DNA of 64,000 nt, from NCBI GenBank assembly GCA_031409275.1, contig JANNXA010000016.1, forward strand, positions 1 through 64,000, given 5' to 3'. This DNA is from Planctomycetota bacterium. Lineage in GTDB: Bacteria > Planctomycetota > B15-G4 > SIAN01. Position 1 is the first letter of the stretch. The number at the start of each line of letters is the position of its first letter. Of the stretch, positions 17,772-28,508 are shown in pieces. Made by a program: the position numbers and the translations under genes. The notes beneath the pieces were generated by a model. That model made no database searches. It worked only from the letters and a program-made list of their open reading frames with translations, and had not been told where the DNA came from.

Positions 17772-20321
17772 GTGCCGCTCGCCACTCCACTCCTCCTCTC
17801 CACCTGCGTGTCGCTCGCCGCGACGGCGCGCCTCTTCGCGCAGGACGCGCTCCCGACCGCGGCGCCCGTCGTCGACGCCGTGCGCGAACGGGCACGCGCC
17901 ATCGCCGCGATCGTGCCGACCGAGCAGCCGCCGACGCCCCGCACGGTCGACGTCGTCCACTACGCACTGCATGTGACGCTCGACCCGGTCGCGCGCCAGA
18001 TCGAAGGGCGCGCCGACATCGAGCTGCGGCCGAGCGCGGCGCCGCGCCGCATGCTGACGCTCGACGCCGACGGATTGCGAATCGCTGCCGTGACGCTAGG
18101 CGACGCGCCGCTGCCCTTCGTCCTGCAAGGCACCCACCTCGAGATCGACCTCGGTCGCGAAGCGCCGCCGGACGAAACGCTGCGACTGCAGATCACCTAC
18201 TCCGCAGCGCCGCAGCGTGGGCTCTTCTTTGCGCCGGCAGCCGATGGCTCGTGCGAGATGGTCTGGTCCCAGAATCAGTGCCAGATGGCGAGCGCGTGGT
18301 TCCCCTGCCGCGACGATCCCGACGATCGCGCGAGCAGCGAGCTCTTCTTGACCCTGCCGACCGCTTGGCGCTCGATCAGCAACGGCGTGCTGATCGAATC
18401 GACGCCCACCGGCGAAGCGCTCCGCACCGATCACTGGCGGATGGACTTCCCCCACCCGGCCTACCTCACCAGCCTCGTCGCCGGCCCGTTGGTCGAGTTC
18501 GACCTCGGCCGCGTGCGCGACCTGCCGCTCTTCGGCTACGCGCTGAAGGAGCGTCAGGCCGCCGCCGCCGCTTCGCTGCAGCCGACCGGCCGCATGATCG
18601 AACTGCTGGAGCGATTCGCGGGCACGCCCTATCCCTACCCCGTCTATCGCCAAAGCTGCGTCTCCGCGTTCCCGTGGGGTGGGATGGAGAACATCGCCGC
18701 GACGACGCTCGATCAGGACGACCTGCATGCCGTCGACGCCGCACCCGAGGAGCAGCTCGATGCGCAGGCGCTGGTCGTCCACGAGATCGCGCATCAGTGG
18801 TTTGGCGACCTGGTGACGCCCGCGAGCTGGGGCGATCTGTGGCTTGCCGAAGGATTCGCGACCTACGCCGAACTGCTCTGGCTCGAGGCGGAACAGGGCC
18901 CCGAAGCGGCGGCGCTGGGTTGGGGCGCGTTGCACGAGCGCCTCAATGAAGCGCGTCTCGAGGAGGCGCGCCCGCTGGTGAGCACGCGCTGCGTCGAGTT
19001 CGACGACCTCTTCACGCCGATCGTCTACGAGGGCGGCGCCGCGGTGCTGCGGTTGCTGCGCACCGTGGTCGGGCCGGAGAAGTTCGCGACGACGGTGCAG
19101 ACGTGGCTTGCGCGCGGACAGAACCGATCGGTGTCGACGGCCGAGTTCGAAGCGATCGCGAGCGAGGTGGCCGGCTCCGACCTGCAGCCCTACTTCGTCG
19201 AATGGCTGCACGCGCCGGGGCTTCTGCAGCTCGACTGCGAGTGGCGCTACGACGAAGCGAGCCGACGCCTCGAATTGATCGCCCACCAGAAACAGAGCGG
19301 CGAGGGGGTCCCCGAGGTCTTCCACGCGCCGCTCGCGGTCGCCTGGCCGACGGCCAGCGGACGACGGACCGCCACGATCGCGCTCGACGCGCGCCGCTGC
19401 CGCGTCGCCGTCGATTGCGAGGAGCGCCCCGCGTTCGTCCGCTTCAACGACGGCGGCGGGCTGCCCGGAGTGATCCGGACCCAGCAGCGCCCCGAGGAGT
19501 GGCGCGAGCAGTTGGCGCGCGACAGCGACCCGCTCGGCCGCGTCGAGGCGGCGAGCGCGCTGGCGGCCGCCTGGCCGACGCTGCCGGAAGAGCCGACCGA
19601 GGTGCGCGCCGCCACGCTCGCCGCGCTCGGCCGCGCCCTGGTCGAGGAGCCGCAGCCACCCGTGCGCGCCGCCGTTGCGACGGCGCTCGGGACCGTGGGA
19701 GGCGCGGTCGCGATGCGGGCGCTGGGGGTCGCGCTCTTCGATGGCGACGGTCGCGTCCGCATCGCCGCCGCGGAGGCGCTTCGCAAGTTCGCCGACGAAG
19801 AGGAGGCCGCGTCGCTGCTGGTGCGTCGCATGCAGAGCGAGCCGAGCACCAAGGTCCAGCACGCCGTGGTCCACGCCATCGCGGCCCAGAGCGGCGCGCG
19901 CGCCGCCGAAGCTCTGCTGCGACTGGCTCTGCGCGAAGGGACGACCGACTCGCTGCGCGGAGCGGCGCTCGCAGCCGCCGCCAGCTGTTCCGGACTGCCG
20001 CCACCCGGCGTGCTTGCGCTCGCGAGCGCCGCACTCGCGGAATCGGCGGCCGACAAGCCGCTCGAGCGGCGCACCGGAGCCATCGAGGCACTCGGCCACC
20101 TCGCCGCACAAGACGCGACGGCGGCGGACGCGCTCGGCGCGCTGCTCGACGATCCGTCGCCGAAGATCCGAGCGTTCGTCCTCGACGCGCTCCAGGGCGA
20201 GACGATTCCGGCGCGCCTGCTGCCGGCGTTAGTCGCCTTCCACGATCGCGCCGCGCTGCCCGACCAGCGCTCGCACGCGCGCGAGGCGATCGTCGCGCTA
20301 CTGGCCCGCGAACCGCGCTGA
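17772..20321 (+). CDS. M1 family zinc aminopeptidase with C-terminal HEAT repeats, probably secreted
   Basis: GGMEN, HEIAHQWFG...WLAEGFATY (HExxH-x18-E), YEGG; HEAT-like tail; GTG start approximate. Confidence 0.9.
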   Translation: MPLATPLLLSTCVSLAATARLFAQDALPTAAPVVDAVRERARAIAAIVPTEQPPTPRTVDVVHYALHVTLDPVARQIEGRADIELRPSAAPRRMLTLDADGLRIAAVTLGDAPLPFVLQGTHLEIDLGREAPPDETLRLQITYSAAPQRGLFFAPAADGSCEMVWSQNQCQMASAWFPCRDDPDDRASSELFLTLPTAWRSISNGVLIESTPTGEALRTDHWRMDFPHPAYLTSLVAGPLVEFDLGRVRDLPLFGYALKERQAAAAASLQPTGRMIELLERFAGTPYPYPVYRQSCVSAFPWGGMENIAATTLDQDDLHAVDAAPEEQLDAQALVVHEIAHQWFGDLVTPASWGDLWLAEGFATYAELLWLEAEQGPEAAALGWGALHERLNEARLEEARPLVSTRCVEFDDLFTPIVYEGGAAVLRLLRTVVGPEKFATTVQTWLARGQNRSVSTAEFEAIASEVAGSDLQPYFVEWLHAPGLLQLDCEWRYDEASRRLELIAHQKQSGEGVPEVFHAPLAVAWPTASGRRTATIALDARRCRVAVDCEERPAFVRFNDGGGLPGVIRTQQRPEEWREQLARDSDPLGRVEAASALAAAWPTLPEEPTEVRAATLAALGRALVEEPQPPVRAAVATALGTVGGAVAMRALGVALFDGDGRVRIAAAEALRKFADEEEAASLLVRRMQSEPSTKVQHAVVHAIAAQSGARAAEALLRLALREGTTDSLRGAALAAAASCSGLPPPGVLALASAALAESAADKPLERRTGAIEALGHLAAQDATAADALGALLDDPSPKIRAFVLDALQGETIPARLLPALVAFHDRAALPDQRSHAREAIVALLAREPR

Positions 20322-20560
20322 TCGCCCTTCGTTCGCGTGGTGGAGCGGCCACGGCGAGCGCAACGCAACGGCCCGATTTCATCACGAACAACTCGAGGGT
20401 CGGCGTCGTAACGATGCGCCCGCGGCGAAGACCAGGACGGCGTGCGGGGCGACTCCGATGCAACTTCGGCAGCCGGCGTGAATAGAGGTCAGCGAGCGAC
20501 GTCCAAGCGGGTCACTCCATCGCACCCGGGCGATGGCTCGAATCAGGGGGACTGAATCGG

Positions 20561-22237
20561 ATGAGACGATCGGCCGGTTCGTCGCGTGCCGCACGGCGCG
20601 CGCCGCTGCTGTTCCTTGCGACTGCGGCCGGCGCCGTCCTCGCCGCGGCCGGATGCACGAGCGGCTGGTACCACGACAGCGCGGACCGCGAGGTCGACTC
20701 GATCCTCCGCGAGTTCGACCAGAAAGCGCTCTCCAAGCGCGCCGAGAGCCTGGTCATGCCGACGGTGCCGCCACCCGCGCCGGAGGTGCCGGCCGATGCC
20801 GCGCCCACCGAGGGAACGGCCGTCGAACCCGCGGCCCCGGTGGCCCCGCTCATCCTCGACCTCGCCACGACGCTGAAGATCGCGGTCACCAGCAGCCGCG
20901 AATACGTCTCGCGCAAGGAGTCGCTCTACCTCTCGGGCCTCGGCTTCTCCTTGTCGCGCTTCAACTACGGCCCGCAATTCAGCAGCGCCGTCAACTACGT
21001 CTGGGGCGATGGCGAGGGGAGCAGCGCCAGCAGTTCGGTCGGCGGCTCCTTCGGCGTGAGCCAGCTGCTGCCCACCAACGGGTCGCTCGGCCTCTCGACC
21101 GGCCTCTCCAAGGCGATGAACCGCGACGACCGCGGCGCCGGCGACGACTGGTCGACCTCGAGCGGCATCAGCTTCAGCCAGCCGCTGCTGCGCGGCGCCG
21201 GCTACGACCTCTATCGCGAGTCGTTGACGCAGGCCGAGCGCAGCATGGTCTACAGCGTGCGCGCGTTCGAGCTGTTCCGGCAGGACTTCACCATCAGCAC
21301 GGCCCAGGAGTTCTTCGGGCTGGTGAGCCAGAAGCGGCAGTTGAAGAACCGCGAGATCGACCTCGAAACGGCCAACTTCGACCTCGCGAGCGCCGAGGCG
21401 CTGCAACGGGTCGATCGCAAGCAGCCCGAGGACGTCATCCAGGCACGGCGCCGGCGGATCGAGACCGAGAGCTCGGTCACCGACGCTCGCGTCGACTTCC
21501 AGCGCAGCGTCGAGCGCTTCCTGATCAACCTCGGCCTCGACCCGAAGACGCCCATCGACCTGGTCGATCTCGACCCCGACTTCGAATCGGTCTCCTACGA
21601 CCGGGAGTCGGCGGTCACCGCGGCATTGCACAACCGCCTCGACATCCAGACGCAGCGCGACTCGATCGAGGACGCCGAACGCAGCTTCCGGTTGGCGCGC
21701 AACAACCTGCTGCCCGACCTGAGCCTCTCCGCGAGCTACGGGTCGAGCGGTTCGGGCACCGCAGCGCGCGGCGCGCTGCCCGACACCTGGTCGCGCTCGG
21801 CGAGCGTGAGCCTCGAGATCCCGCTGCAGACCATCGATCGGCGCAACGCGTGGCGCTCGGCCGAGATCTCGATCGACCAGACGCGGCGAGGATTCGCCGA
21901 GTTCATCGACGCGCAGAAGAGCGCCATCGAGGACTCGCTGCGCCAGCTCACCAATCTCGCGCGCCAGCTCGAACTGGCGCAAGAGAGCCTGAAGGACGAA
22001 GAGCGCAACACTCGCCTGCTCAAGTTCAAGCTCGAGAGCGGCGAGGCGGGCAGCCGCGACCTGATCGAGGCGCGGCGCACCAAGATCAACGCCGAGAACA
22101 GCATCATCAGCCGGCGCGTGCAGCACTTCATCGCGCGGCTACGCCTCTATCGCGACCTCGGGATCCTGTTCATCGGCCCGGATGGTTACTGGAGCGTCGG
22201 CGCGCCTGCGACCGGCGCATCGGGGGACGGCAAATGA
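20561..22237 (+). CDS. TolC-family outer-membrane efflux lipoprotein
   Basis: Lipobox-like AAGC, SQPLLRGAG, LLPDLSL, LEIPL; first gene of an MFP/ABC operon. Confidence 0.85.
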   Translation: MRRSAGSSRAARRAPLLFLATAAGAVLAAAGCTSGWYHDSADREVDSILREFDQKALSKRAESLVMPTVPPPAPEVPADAAPTEGTAVEPAAPVAPLILDLATTLKIAVTSSREYVSRKESLYLSGLGFSLSRFNYGPQFSSAVNYVWGDGEGSSASSSVGGSFGVSQLLPTNGSLGLSTGLSKAMNRDDRGAGDDWSTSSGISFSQPLLRGAGYDLYRESLTQAERSMVYSVRAFELFRQDFTISTAQEFFGLVSQKRQLKNREIDLETANFDLASAEALQRVDRKQPEDVIQARRRRIETESSVTDARVDFQRSVERFLINLGLDPKTPIDLVDLDPDFESVSYDRESAVTAALHNRLDIQTQRDSIEDAERSFRLARNNLLPDLSLSASYGSSGSGTAARGALPDTWSRSASVSLEIPLQTIDRRNAWRSAEISIDQTRRGFAEFIDAQKSAIEDSLRQLTNLARQLELAQESLKDEERNTRLLKFKLESGEAGSRDLIEARRTKINAENSIISRRVQHFIARLRLYRDLGILFIGPDGYWSVGAPATGASGDGK

Positions 22238-23775
22238 AGGTCTTCATCACGACGATCGTGCTGCTTCTGTTGGGCGGCGGAGGTTGGTGGTGGTGGCGTG
22301 AAGCGCAGGCGTCGGGCGCGGCCACGACCATCTCGAACGACGGCCTCTTCACCGTAGTCAAGGGCGACCTGCCCATCACGCTGACGGAGAACGGGACCCT
22401 GGTCGCGAAGGACTCGCAGAAGGTCGTCCCCACCTTCCGCAGCCGCGGGAAGATCGTCTCGATCGTCGAGGAGGGCAAGGTCGTCGCGGAAGGCGACGAA
22501 CTCTGCAAGTTCGACACCAGCGAGCTGCAGCAGCAGGTCGACCAGGCGCAGCTCGAGATCACGAAGGCGGAGGCCGACGTCCAGACCGCCAAGACCGAGC
22601 TCGAGATCCAGGTCAAGCAGAGCGAGTCGGACATCAAGAAGGCGAGGATCGCGCTCGAGAAGGCCGGCAAGGACAAGGAGAAGTACGAGGAGGGCGAGGT
22701 CCCGCAGGAGAAGCGCCGCCTCGAGATCAGCATCAAGGAGGCGACGACCGCATGGGAGAAGGCGAAGAAGCAGTACGAGGACAGCCTCGAACTGCGCAAG
22801 GAGGACTTCGTCACCCAGTCCGCGCTCGAGCAGGACGAGCAGAACTACGACCGCGCGACCATCGCCAAGGAGCGAGCCGAGGTCGACAAGGCGATCTTCG
22901 AGAAGTACACGCTGCCGATGTCGCTGCGCGACAAGGTGACCGGCCTCGAGGACGCCGACCTGGCGCTGTCCACCGCCGAGAAGCGGACCGAATCGACGCT
23001 TCGTCAGAAGGAGGTCGCGGTCGAGCAGGCGCAGAAGCGGCTCGACAAGCTGAACGAGCAGCTGAAGGAGCGGCAGGAAGAGCTCGGCAAGATGATCCTG
23101 AAGGCGCCGTGCCCCGGGATCGTGATCTTCGGCGACCCGCGCTACTCGTGGGACGACTTCACGCAGAACCTGAAGGTCGGCGGCGAGATCTGGGGCGGCA
23201 ACACGCTCTTCACCATCCCCGACCTGCGCGTCATGCAGGTGAAGCTGCAGATCCACGAAGCGGACATCAACAAGATCAAGCTCGAGATGGCGGTGCGGGT
23301 CACGATGGAGACCTACCCCGGGATCCTCATGGCTGGCAAGGTCACGAAGATCGCCGCCATCGCGACCGAGGGCAACCAGGAGGTGAAGAAGTTCGACGTC
23401 GAGGTGACGCTCGAAGCGCGCGCCGACGTGGAGCTCAAGCCGGGCATCAGCGCCAAGGCCGAGGTGATGATCGACGTGCGCAAGGACGCCACCTACGCGC
23501 CGCTGCAGTGCGTCTTCCTCGAGGGCGGCAAGCACTGGTGCTACGGGCTCGACGCGGCGCGGCAGCCGCAGCGCCTCGAGGTGAAGCCGGGACTCAGCAA
23601 CGACAGCTACCTCGAGATCCTCGAAGGGCTCACTGCGGGCCAGCAGGTGCTGCTCTACAACCCGAGCGTCCCGACCGGCGCGCCGCCACCCGAGGACAAG
23701 AACAAGACGAACGAAGCGCCGCCGGCGACGGCGCCAGCGGCCGCGCCGCCGGCCGCGCCGCCGGCCGGGCCGTGA
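22234..23775 (+). CDS. Periplasmic adaptor (MFP, MacA/HlyD-like) with long coiled coil
   Basis: N-terminal TM, GKIVSIVEEG..V..GD.L, ILKAPCPGIV, IHEADI, LKPGISA; ATGA overlap with the TolC gene. Confidence 0.9.
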   Translation: MKVFITTIVLLLLGGGGWWWWREAQASGAATTISNDGLFTVVKGDLPITLTENGTLVAKDSQKVVPTFRSRGKIVSIVEEGKVVAEGDELCKFDTSELQQQVDQAQLEITKAEADVQTAKTELEIQVKQSESDIKKARIALEKAGKDKEKYEEGEVPQEKRRLEISIKEATTAWEKAKKQYEDSLELRKEDFVTQSALEQDEQNYDRATIAKERAEVDKAIFEKYTLPMSLRDKVTGLEDADLALSTAEKRTESTLRQKEVAVEQAQKRLDKLNEQLKERQEELGKMILKAPCPGIVIFGDPRYSWDDFTQNLKVGGEIWGGNTLFTIPDLRVMQVKLQIHEADINKIKLEMAVRVTMETYPGILMAGKVTKIAAIATEGNQEVKKFDVEVTLEARADVELKPGISAKAEVMIDVRKDATYAPLQCVFLEGGKHWCYGLDAARQPQRLEVKPGLSNDSYLEILEGLTAGQQVLLYNPSVPTGAPPPEDKNKTNEAPPATAPAAAPPAAPPAGP

Positions 23776-23788
23776 CGCGGAGCTGCGC

Positions 23789-24498
<710 letters not shown>

Positions 24499-24502
<4 letters not shown>

Positions 24503-25770
24503 TCGCTCCCGAACTCGCCACCGACGCCGTCAAGAACCTGCTGCGCCACAAGCTACGCAGCTTCCTCACCGCGCTCGGGATCATCTTCGGCATCGCGTCC
24601 GTCGTGCTGATGGTGTCGGTCGGCGAAGGCGGCCGCCAGACGATCCTGAAGCAGATCAGCGAACTGGGCATCAAGAACATCATCGTCAACGCCAAGAAGC
24701 CGCCCGACGATCAGGACTCGATGAAGCAGGAGCAGAGCTGGCTGCTCAAGTACGGGCTCACCTTCCGCGATCAGAAGCAGATCGAAGAGACCGTCCCGAT
24801 GGTCGAGCAGGTGCTTCCGGTCCACGACGTGAAGCGCCCCATCTGGTTCAAGAGCCGCCGGATCGAGGCGAAGGTGCGCGGCGTCTCGCCGGAGTACTTC
24901 GACGCGCTGCACATGGCGCCGATCATGGGCCGCGTGCTGGCCGCCGTGGACGGGCGCGAGCGCAAGCGCGTCGCGGTCGTCCGCGCCCGGCTGCTGCGCG
25001 AGGCGAAATACGTCGGCGACCCGCTCGAGCTCGACTTGAAGGTCGGCAAAGAGTGGTTCCACGTCATCGGCGTGCTGCCCGACTTCGAGTTCCAGAGCCC
25101 CAACAAGGCGGTGCTCGGCATCGACGACCGCGCGCTCGAGATCTACGTCCCGTTCGAGACCGTGCGCGACCGCTTCGGGCTGACCAGCTACACGCAACGC
25201 TCCGGCTCGTTCGAGAACGAGCGCGTCGAGCTGTCGCAGATGGTCTGCCGCGTCGTCAGCGAGGAGAAGGTCCTCGAAGCAGCGCGCTGCATCCATGCGG
25301 TGCTGGGCAAGTTCCACGACAAGCGCGACTACGAGGTGAGCGTCCCGCTCGAGCAGCTCGAATCGCTGCAGACGACGCAAGAGACCTTCAACACGATGAT
25401 CCTGATCACCGCCGCGATCTCGCTGGTGGTCGGCGGCATCGGCATCCTCAACATCATGCTGGCCAGCATCACCGAGCGGACCCGCGAGATCGGCATCCGC
25501 CGCGCGCTCGGCGCGAGCCGCGGCGACATCGTGCTGCAGTTCCTGGTCGAGACCGTCGTGATCTCCACGATCGGCGGCCTGCTCGGCGTCGGCCTTGGCG
25601 TCGGTGGCGCGCCGATCGTCAGCAAGTTCACCGGCTGGCAGACCGCGATCACGCCATGGGCGATCGTGCTGTCGCTCGGCGTGTCGATGCTGACCGGGAT
25701 CGTGTTCGGCCTCTATCCGGCGCGGCGCGCGGCGTACATGGATCCGATCCAGGCGTTGCGGCACGAGTAG
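24499..25770 (+). CDS. MacB/FtsX-family ABC permease
   Basis: RSFLTALGIIFGIASV, GGIGILNIMLASITERTREIGIRRALGA, GLYPARRAA..DPI.ALRHE. Confidence 0.95.
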
Positions 25771-25947
25771 GCGTTGCAGCTGACAACGGCGCCGCGACGG
25801 CGGAACGAAGGCCGATCAGCGGTGGCACGGCGCCGTTGCAGCTGAACGCCCGCGCCGGCGAGACTGCGCGGCGCGCAGCTCGCCTCTCGGGGCTTGCAGC
25901 TGACGAACGGCTGCGGCCGGAGGCCGCAGCGTTCGCAGCTGAAGCCC
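25770..25947. repeat. Two tandem attC-like imperfect hairpins (25770-25850 and 25890-25947)
   Basis: Both read TTGCAGCTGAC...GCAGCTGAA, with the left arm carrying an unpaired G and A; the RYYYAAC/GTTRRRY outer boxes are degenerate. Confidence 0.6.
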
Positions 25948-25984
25948 AACCATCGCGGCGACGGGGGTCGAGCGCGGCTGCGGC

Positions 25985-26061
25985 GCGCGGCTGCAGGTAC
26001 GCAGCGCGCGGCGAGGGGAGAAGACGGGGCGGCGGGGCGCGGCTGCGGGTACGCAGCGCGC
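25985..26061. repeat. 25-bp direct repeat GCGCGGCTGC(A/G)GGTACGCAGCGCGC x2, each able to fold as a hairpin
   Basis: Copies at 25985-26009 and 26037-26061, one mismatch. Confidence 0.7.
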
Positions 26062-26096
26062 CTGGAGCGGGCGCAAGCGAGCGCTTTGGGGGAGCT

Positions 26097-28508
26097 TCAG
26101 CGGTCGGAGGCGCCGGGGAGGAAACGACCGAACTTCGCGACCCAGTACTTGGGCTCGGCGGCGGCGCCAAGCGCGCGATGGTCAGCGGACAGCAGGTTGC
26201 GATGGGCGCCGGCGATCTTCGTCCACTCCTTCAGCGCCTGGCGCGCGCCGAAATGGCCGCGCAGGAAATTCACGCCCGCGGCACCGGCAACGCCGGTCGG
26301 CTCGGGCAGCGGCTGCGGATCGCTCTCCTTCTGACCCTTGGCATCCTTCGCACGCTGCGCGGCGATCAACGCGGCGCTGTTCACCAAGGCAACGTCGAGG
26401 ACGAGCGAGCCGCGGCCGAAGAGCTCGCGATAGGAGTTCACCGCCACCAGCAGCTCGACCGCATCCGAGGAGACGTCGCGCAGACGCTGGTTGGCGCTGC
26501 GTACTTCGCGGTCGCGGTCGAGGCGGGCGCGTTCGTCGACGTCGAGCGCCAGGTTGCGCACGTGGACCTTGGTGGTGCCCGGCGGAAGCAGCCGGGTGGC
26601 GAGGAGCTCCGCGTGATCGGGCAGCGGCCGCTTCTGCGCGGCGAGCAGCGCATCGATCGCCTGCACCTCGGCCACTCGGCGGGCGTAGCTCTCCGACAGC
26701 GCCACCAGCGGCCCGGGCGCGCTGCCCATCTCGTTGCCGAACAGCGCACGCACCGATTCGACCTGGCGATCGGCCTCCTTCTGGGCGGCCGCGAGCTCGT
26801 CGCCGCGTGCCATGTCGCCGGATGACTTCGGATCGAGCATGAAGTAGCGCTGTTCATCGAAGAGGTAGGCCAGCGCGCTTTCGCGCGCAGCGCGCAGCGC
26901 CTGGACCTTCGCCCGCAGTTCGGCGAGCTGCGCTTGCTCCGGCGCGACCGCGAGTTCGGTGGCCAGCGCTTCGAGGCGGGCGAGCAGCGGCCCCACCGCG
27001 GCGCCTTCGGCGCGGTTGGCGGCTTCGACCATGTCGTCGAGTCGCGCGACGAACGACGCCGGCTTCGCACTGTCGATCGCGGCGAAGGCCGCGGAAAGCG
27101 CCGTCTGCGCCGCGAGCTGCTCGGCCGTGAGAGCGACGGGCGCGACCGGTGGCGTCGGAACCCCTGACGTCTCCGCCTCCGGAGTCGGGGCGTTGGGCAT
27201 CGCGCCATCGCTCGGGCGCTTCGCCGGCGGCGTGGTCGGCTCGCGCGGCGGTCCCTTCGCCACCGGCGCGGCGGAGCTTCGCTTGGGAACGGCGGCGAAC
27301 TCTTCCGCGAAGGTGACCTTGGCCGGCGGCGGCGTGCGCGTCGCAAGGTTGGCGGGGCGCGTTCGCGCGTGCTTCTGCGCGAGCGTCGGTCGGCGCGCCT
27401 CGGGCACGCGTTCGTTGATGATCGCCTCGATCTCGTCGGCCTTTTCGAGCAGCGCGTACCACGTCTCGGTGCCGCGGAATCGCTCGATCGAATCCTCGAC
27501 GCAGTGGGACAGCGCGGGCATCAGCTTGCCCTTCTTCAGCAGCTCGTCGACGAATGCGAGGTGCGACTCGCCGCCAGCCTTCGTCGCCGCCTCGACTTCG
27601 GCACGGCGCGTTTCGACGCGCGCGACGTCGTCCGTGCCCTGCGGATTCAGCTTCCACATCAGCCAACGGCAACGCGCGAACTCCTCGTTCTCGAGCAGCA
27701 GCGCCACCTTGGCGAACGTGGCGTCGATCTCGCTGCTGCTGCTCGCCTTGCGCCAGCTCGAGTCGTCGCGCGCGAAGGTCTCGCCCGTATCAGGATCGAC
27801 TTCGAGCGCCGGCGCCATGACGTCCTTGCGCTGCTCGTTGGGGCCCGGCTCCGTCATCCAGTTGCGGCCGTCGCTCGTGGCGCCAGGGGTCGCCGCGGTC
27901 GACGTGGTCGACGCCGAGCGATCCGAGCTCTTCTTGAACGCGCCGTCGAACCAGCCGAGCCGCCAGCCCCACGCGAGCCCGCCTCCCGCCACGGTGATCA
28001 GCAGAGCGCCGACCCACGCCTCGGTCCGCTTCTTCTGCTTGCGGCGCTCGGCGAACGTGCTGCCACGCGGAGGCTCCGCCGTTGCGTCGCCTTCCGCGTC
28101 GTCTTCCGCGGCGGTGGAGTCGCCGCCACCTTCGTTCTCTTGAAAGGCGAGCGCGGCGCGGGGATCGACGCGCAAGGGCGGCCTGGCCATGGGCGAGGGC
28201 GGAGCCGTGGGCGCTGCAGCGGCCTCGCGCGGCGCAACGACGAGCTGGAACGCGCCGACCTTCAGCACGTCGCCCACGTGCACGATCGCCGCTCGCGTGC
28301 GCCGCTCGTTCAGGAAGAACGTGGAGCTCGCGGCTGCCTCGACGACGACGCCGTCGGGACCGCTTTGGATGGTGAGCGCGTGCGCCGCGATCTCGGCATC
28401 CGGTAGCACGAGGTCACAGTCGACTCCGCTGCCAACACGCAGCGGCTGCGCACCGAGATCGAGGACCTTGCGGCGTCCCGAACGAGGATCGACCAGGATC
28501 AACTGCAT
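26097..28508 (-). CDS. Membrane protein with N-terminal FHA-like domain and C-terminal CAP/SCP-like domain
   Basis: LRVGSGVDCDLVL...VHVGDVLKVG (FHA-like); TM after a KKR cluster; VNSYRELFGRGSLVLD...W.....HRNLL...WVAKFG (CAP-like). Confidence 0.7.
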   Translation of the reverse strand: MQLILVDPRSGRRKVLDLGAQPLRVGSGVDCDLVLPDAEIAAHALTIQSGPDGVVVEAAASSTFFLNERRTRAAIVHVGDVLKVGAFQLVVAPREAAAAPTAPPSPMARPPLRVDPRAALAFQENEGGGDSTAAEDDAEGDATAEPPRGSTFAERRKQKKRTEAWVGALLITVAGGGLAWGWRLGWFDGAFKKSSDRSASTTSTAATPGATSDGRNWMTEPGPNEQRKDVMAPALEVDPDTGETFARDDSSWRKASSSSEIDATFAKVALLLENEEFARCRWLMWKLNPQGTDDVARVETRRAEVEAATKAGGESHLAFVDELLKKGKLMPALSHCVEDSIERFRGTETWYALLEKADEIEAIINERVPEARRPTLAQKHARTRPANLATRTPPPAKVTFAEEFAAVPKRSSAAPVAKGPPREPTTPPAKRPSDGAMPNAPTPEAETSGVPTPPVAPVALTAEQLAAQTALSAAFAAIDSAKPASFVARLDDMVEAANRAEGAAVGPLLARLEALATELAVAPEQAQLAELRAKVQALRAARESALAYLFDEQRYFMLDPKSSGDMARGDELAAAQKEADRQVESVRALFGNEMGSAPGPLVALSESYARRVAEVQAIDALLAAQKRPLPDHAELLATRLLPPGTTKVHVRNLALDVDERARLDRDREVRSANQRLRDVSSDAVELLVAVNSYRELFGRGSLVLDVALVNSAALIAAQRAKDAKGQKESDPQPLPEPTGVAGAAGVNFLRGHFGARQALKEWTKIAGAHRNLLSADHRALGAAAEPKYWVAKFGRFLPGASDR

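Noticed and set aside
20385..20405. CGAACAACTC..GGGTCG similarity between the regions upstream of tolC and of the lipoprotein gene (~47151)
   Set aside because: Only a 10-bp exact match with different spacing afterwards; too weak to call a shared promoter.
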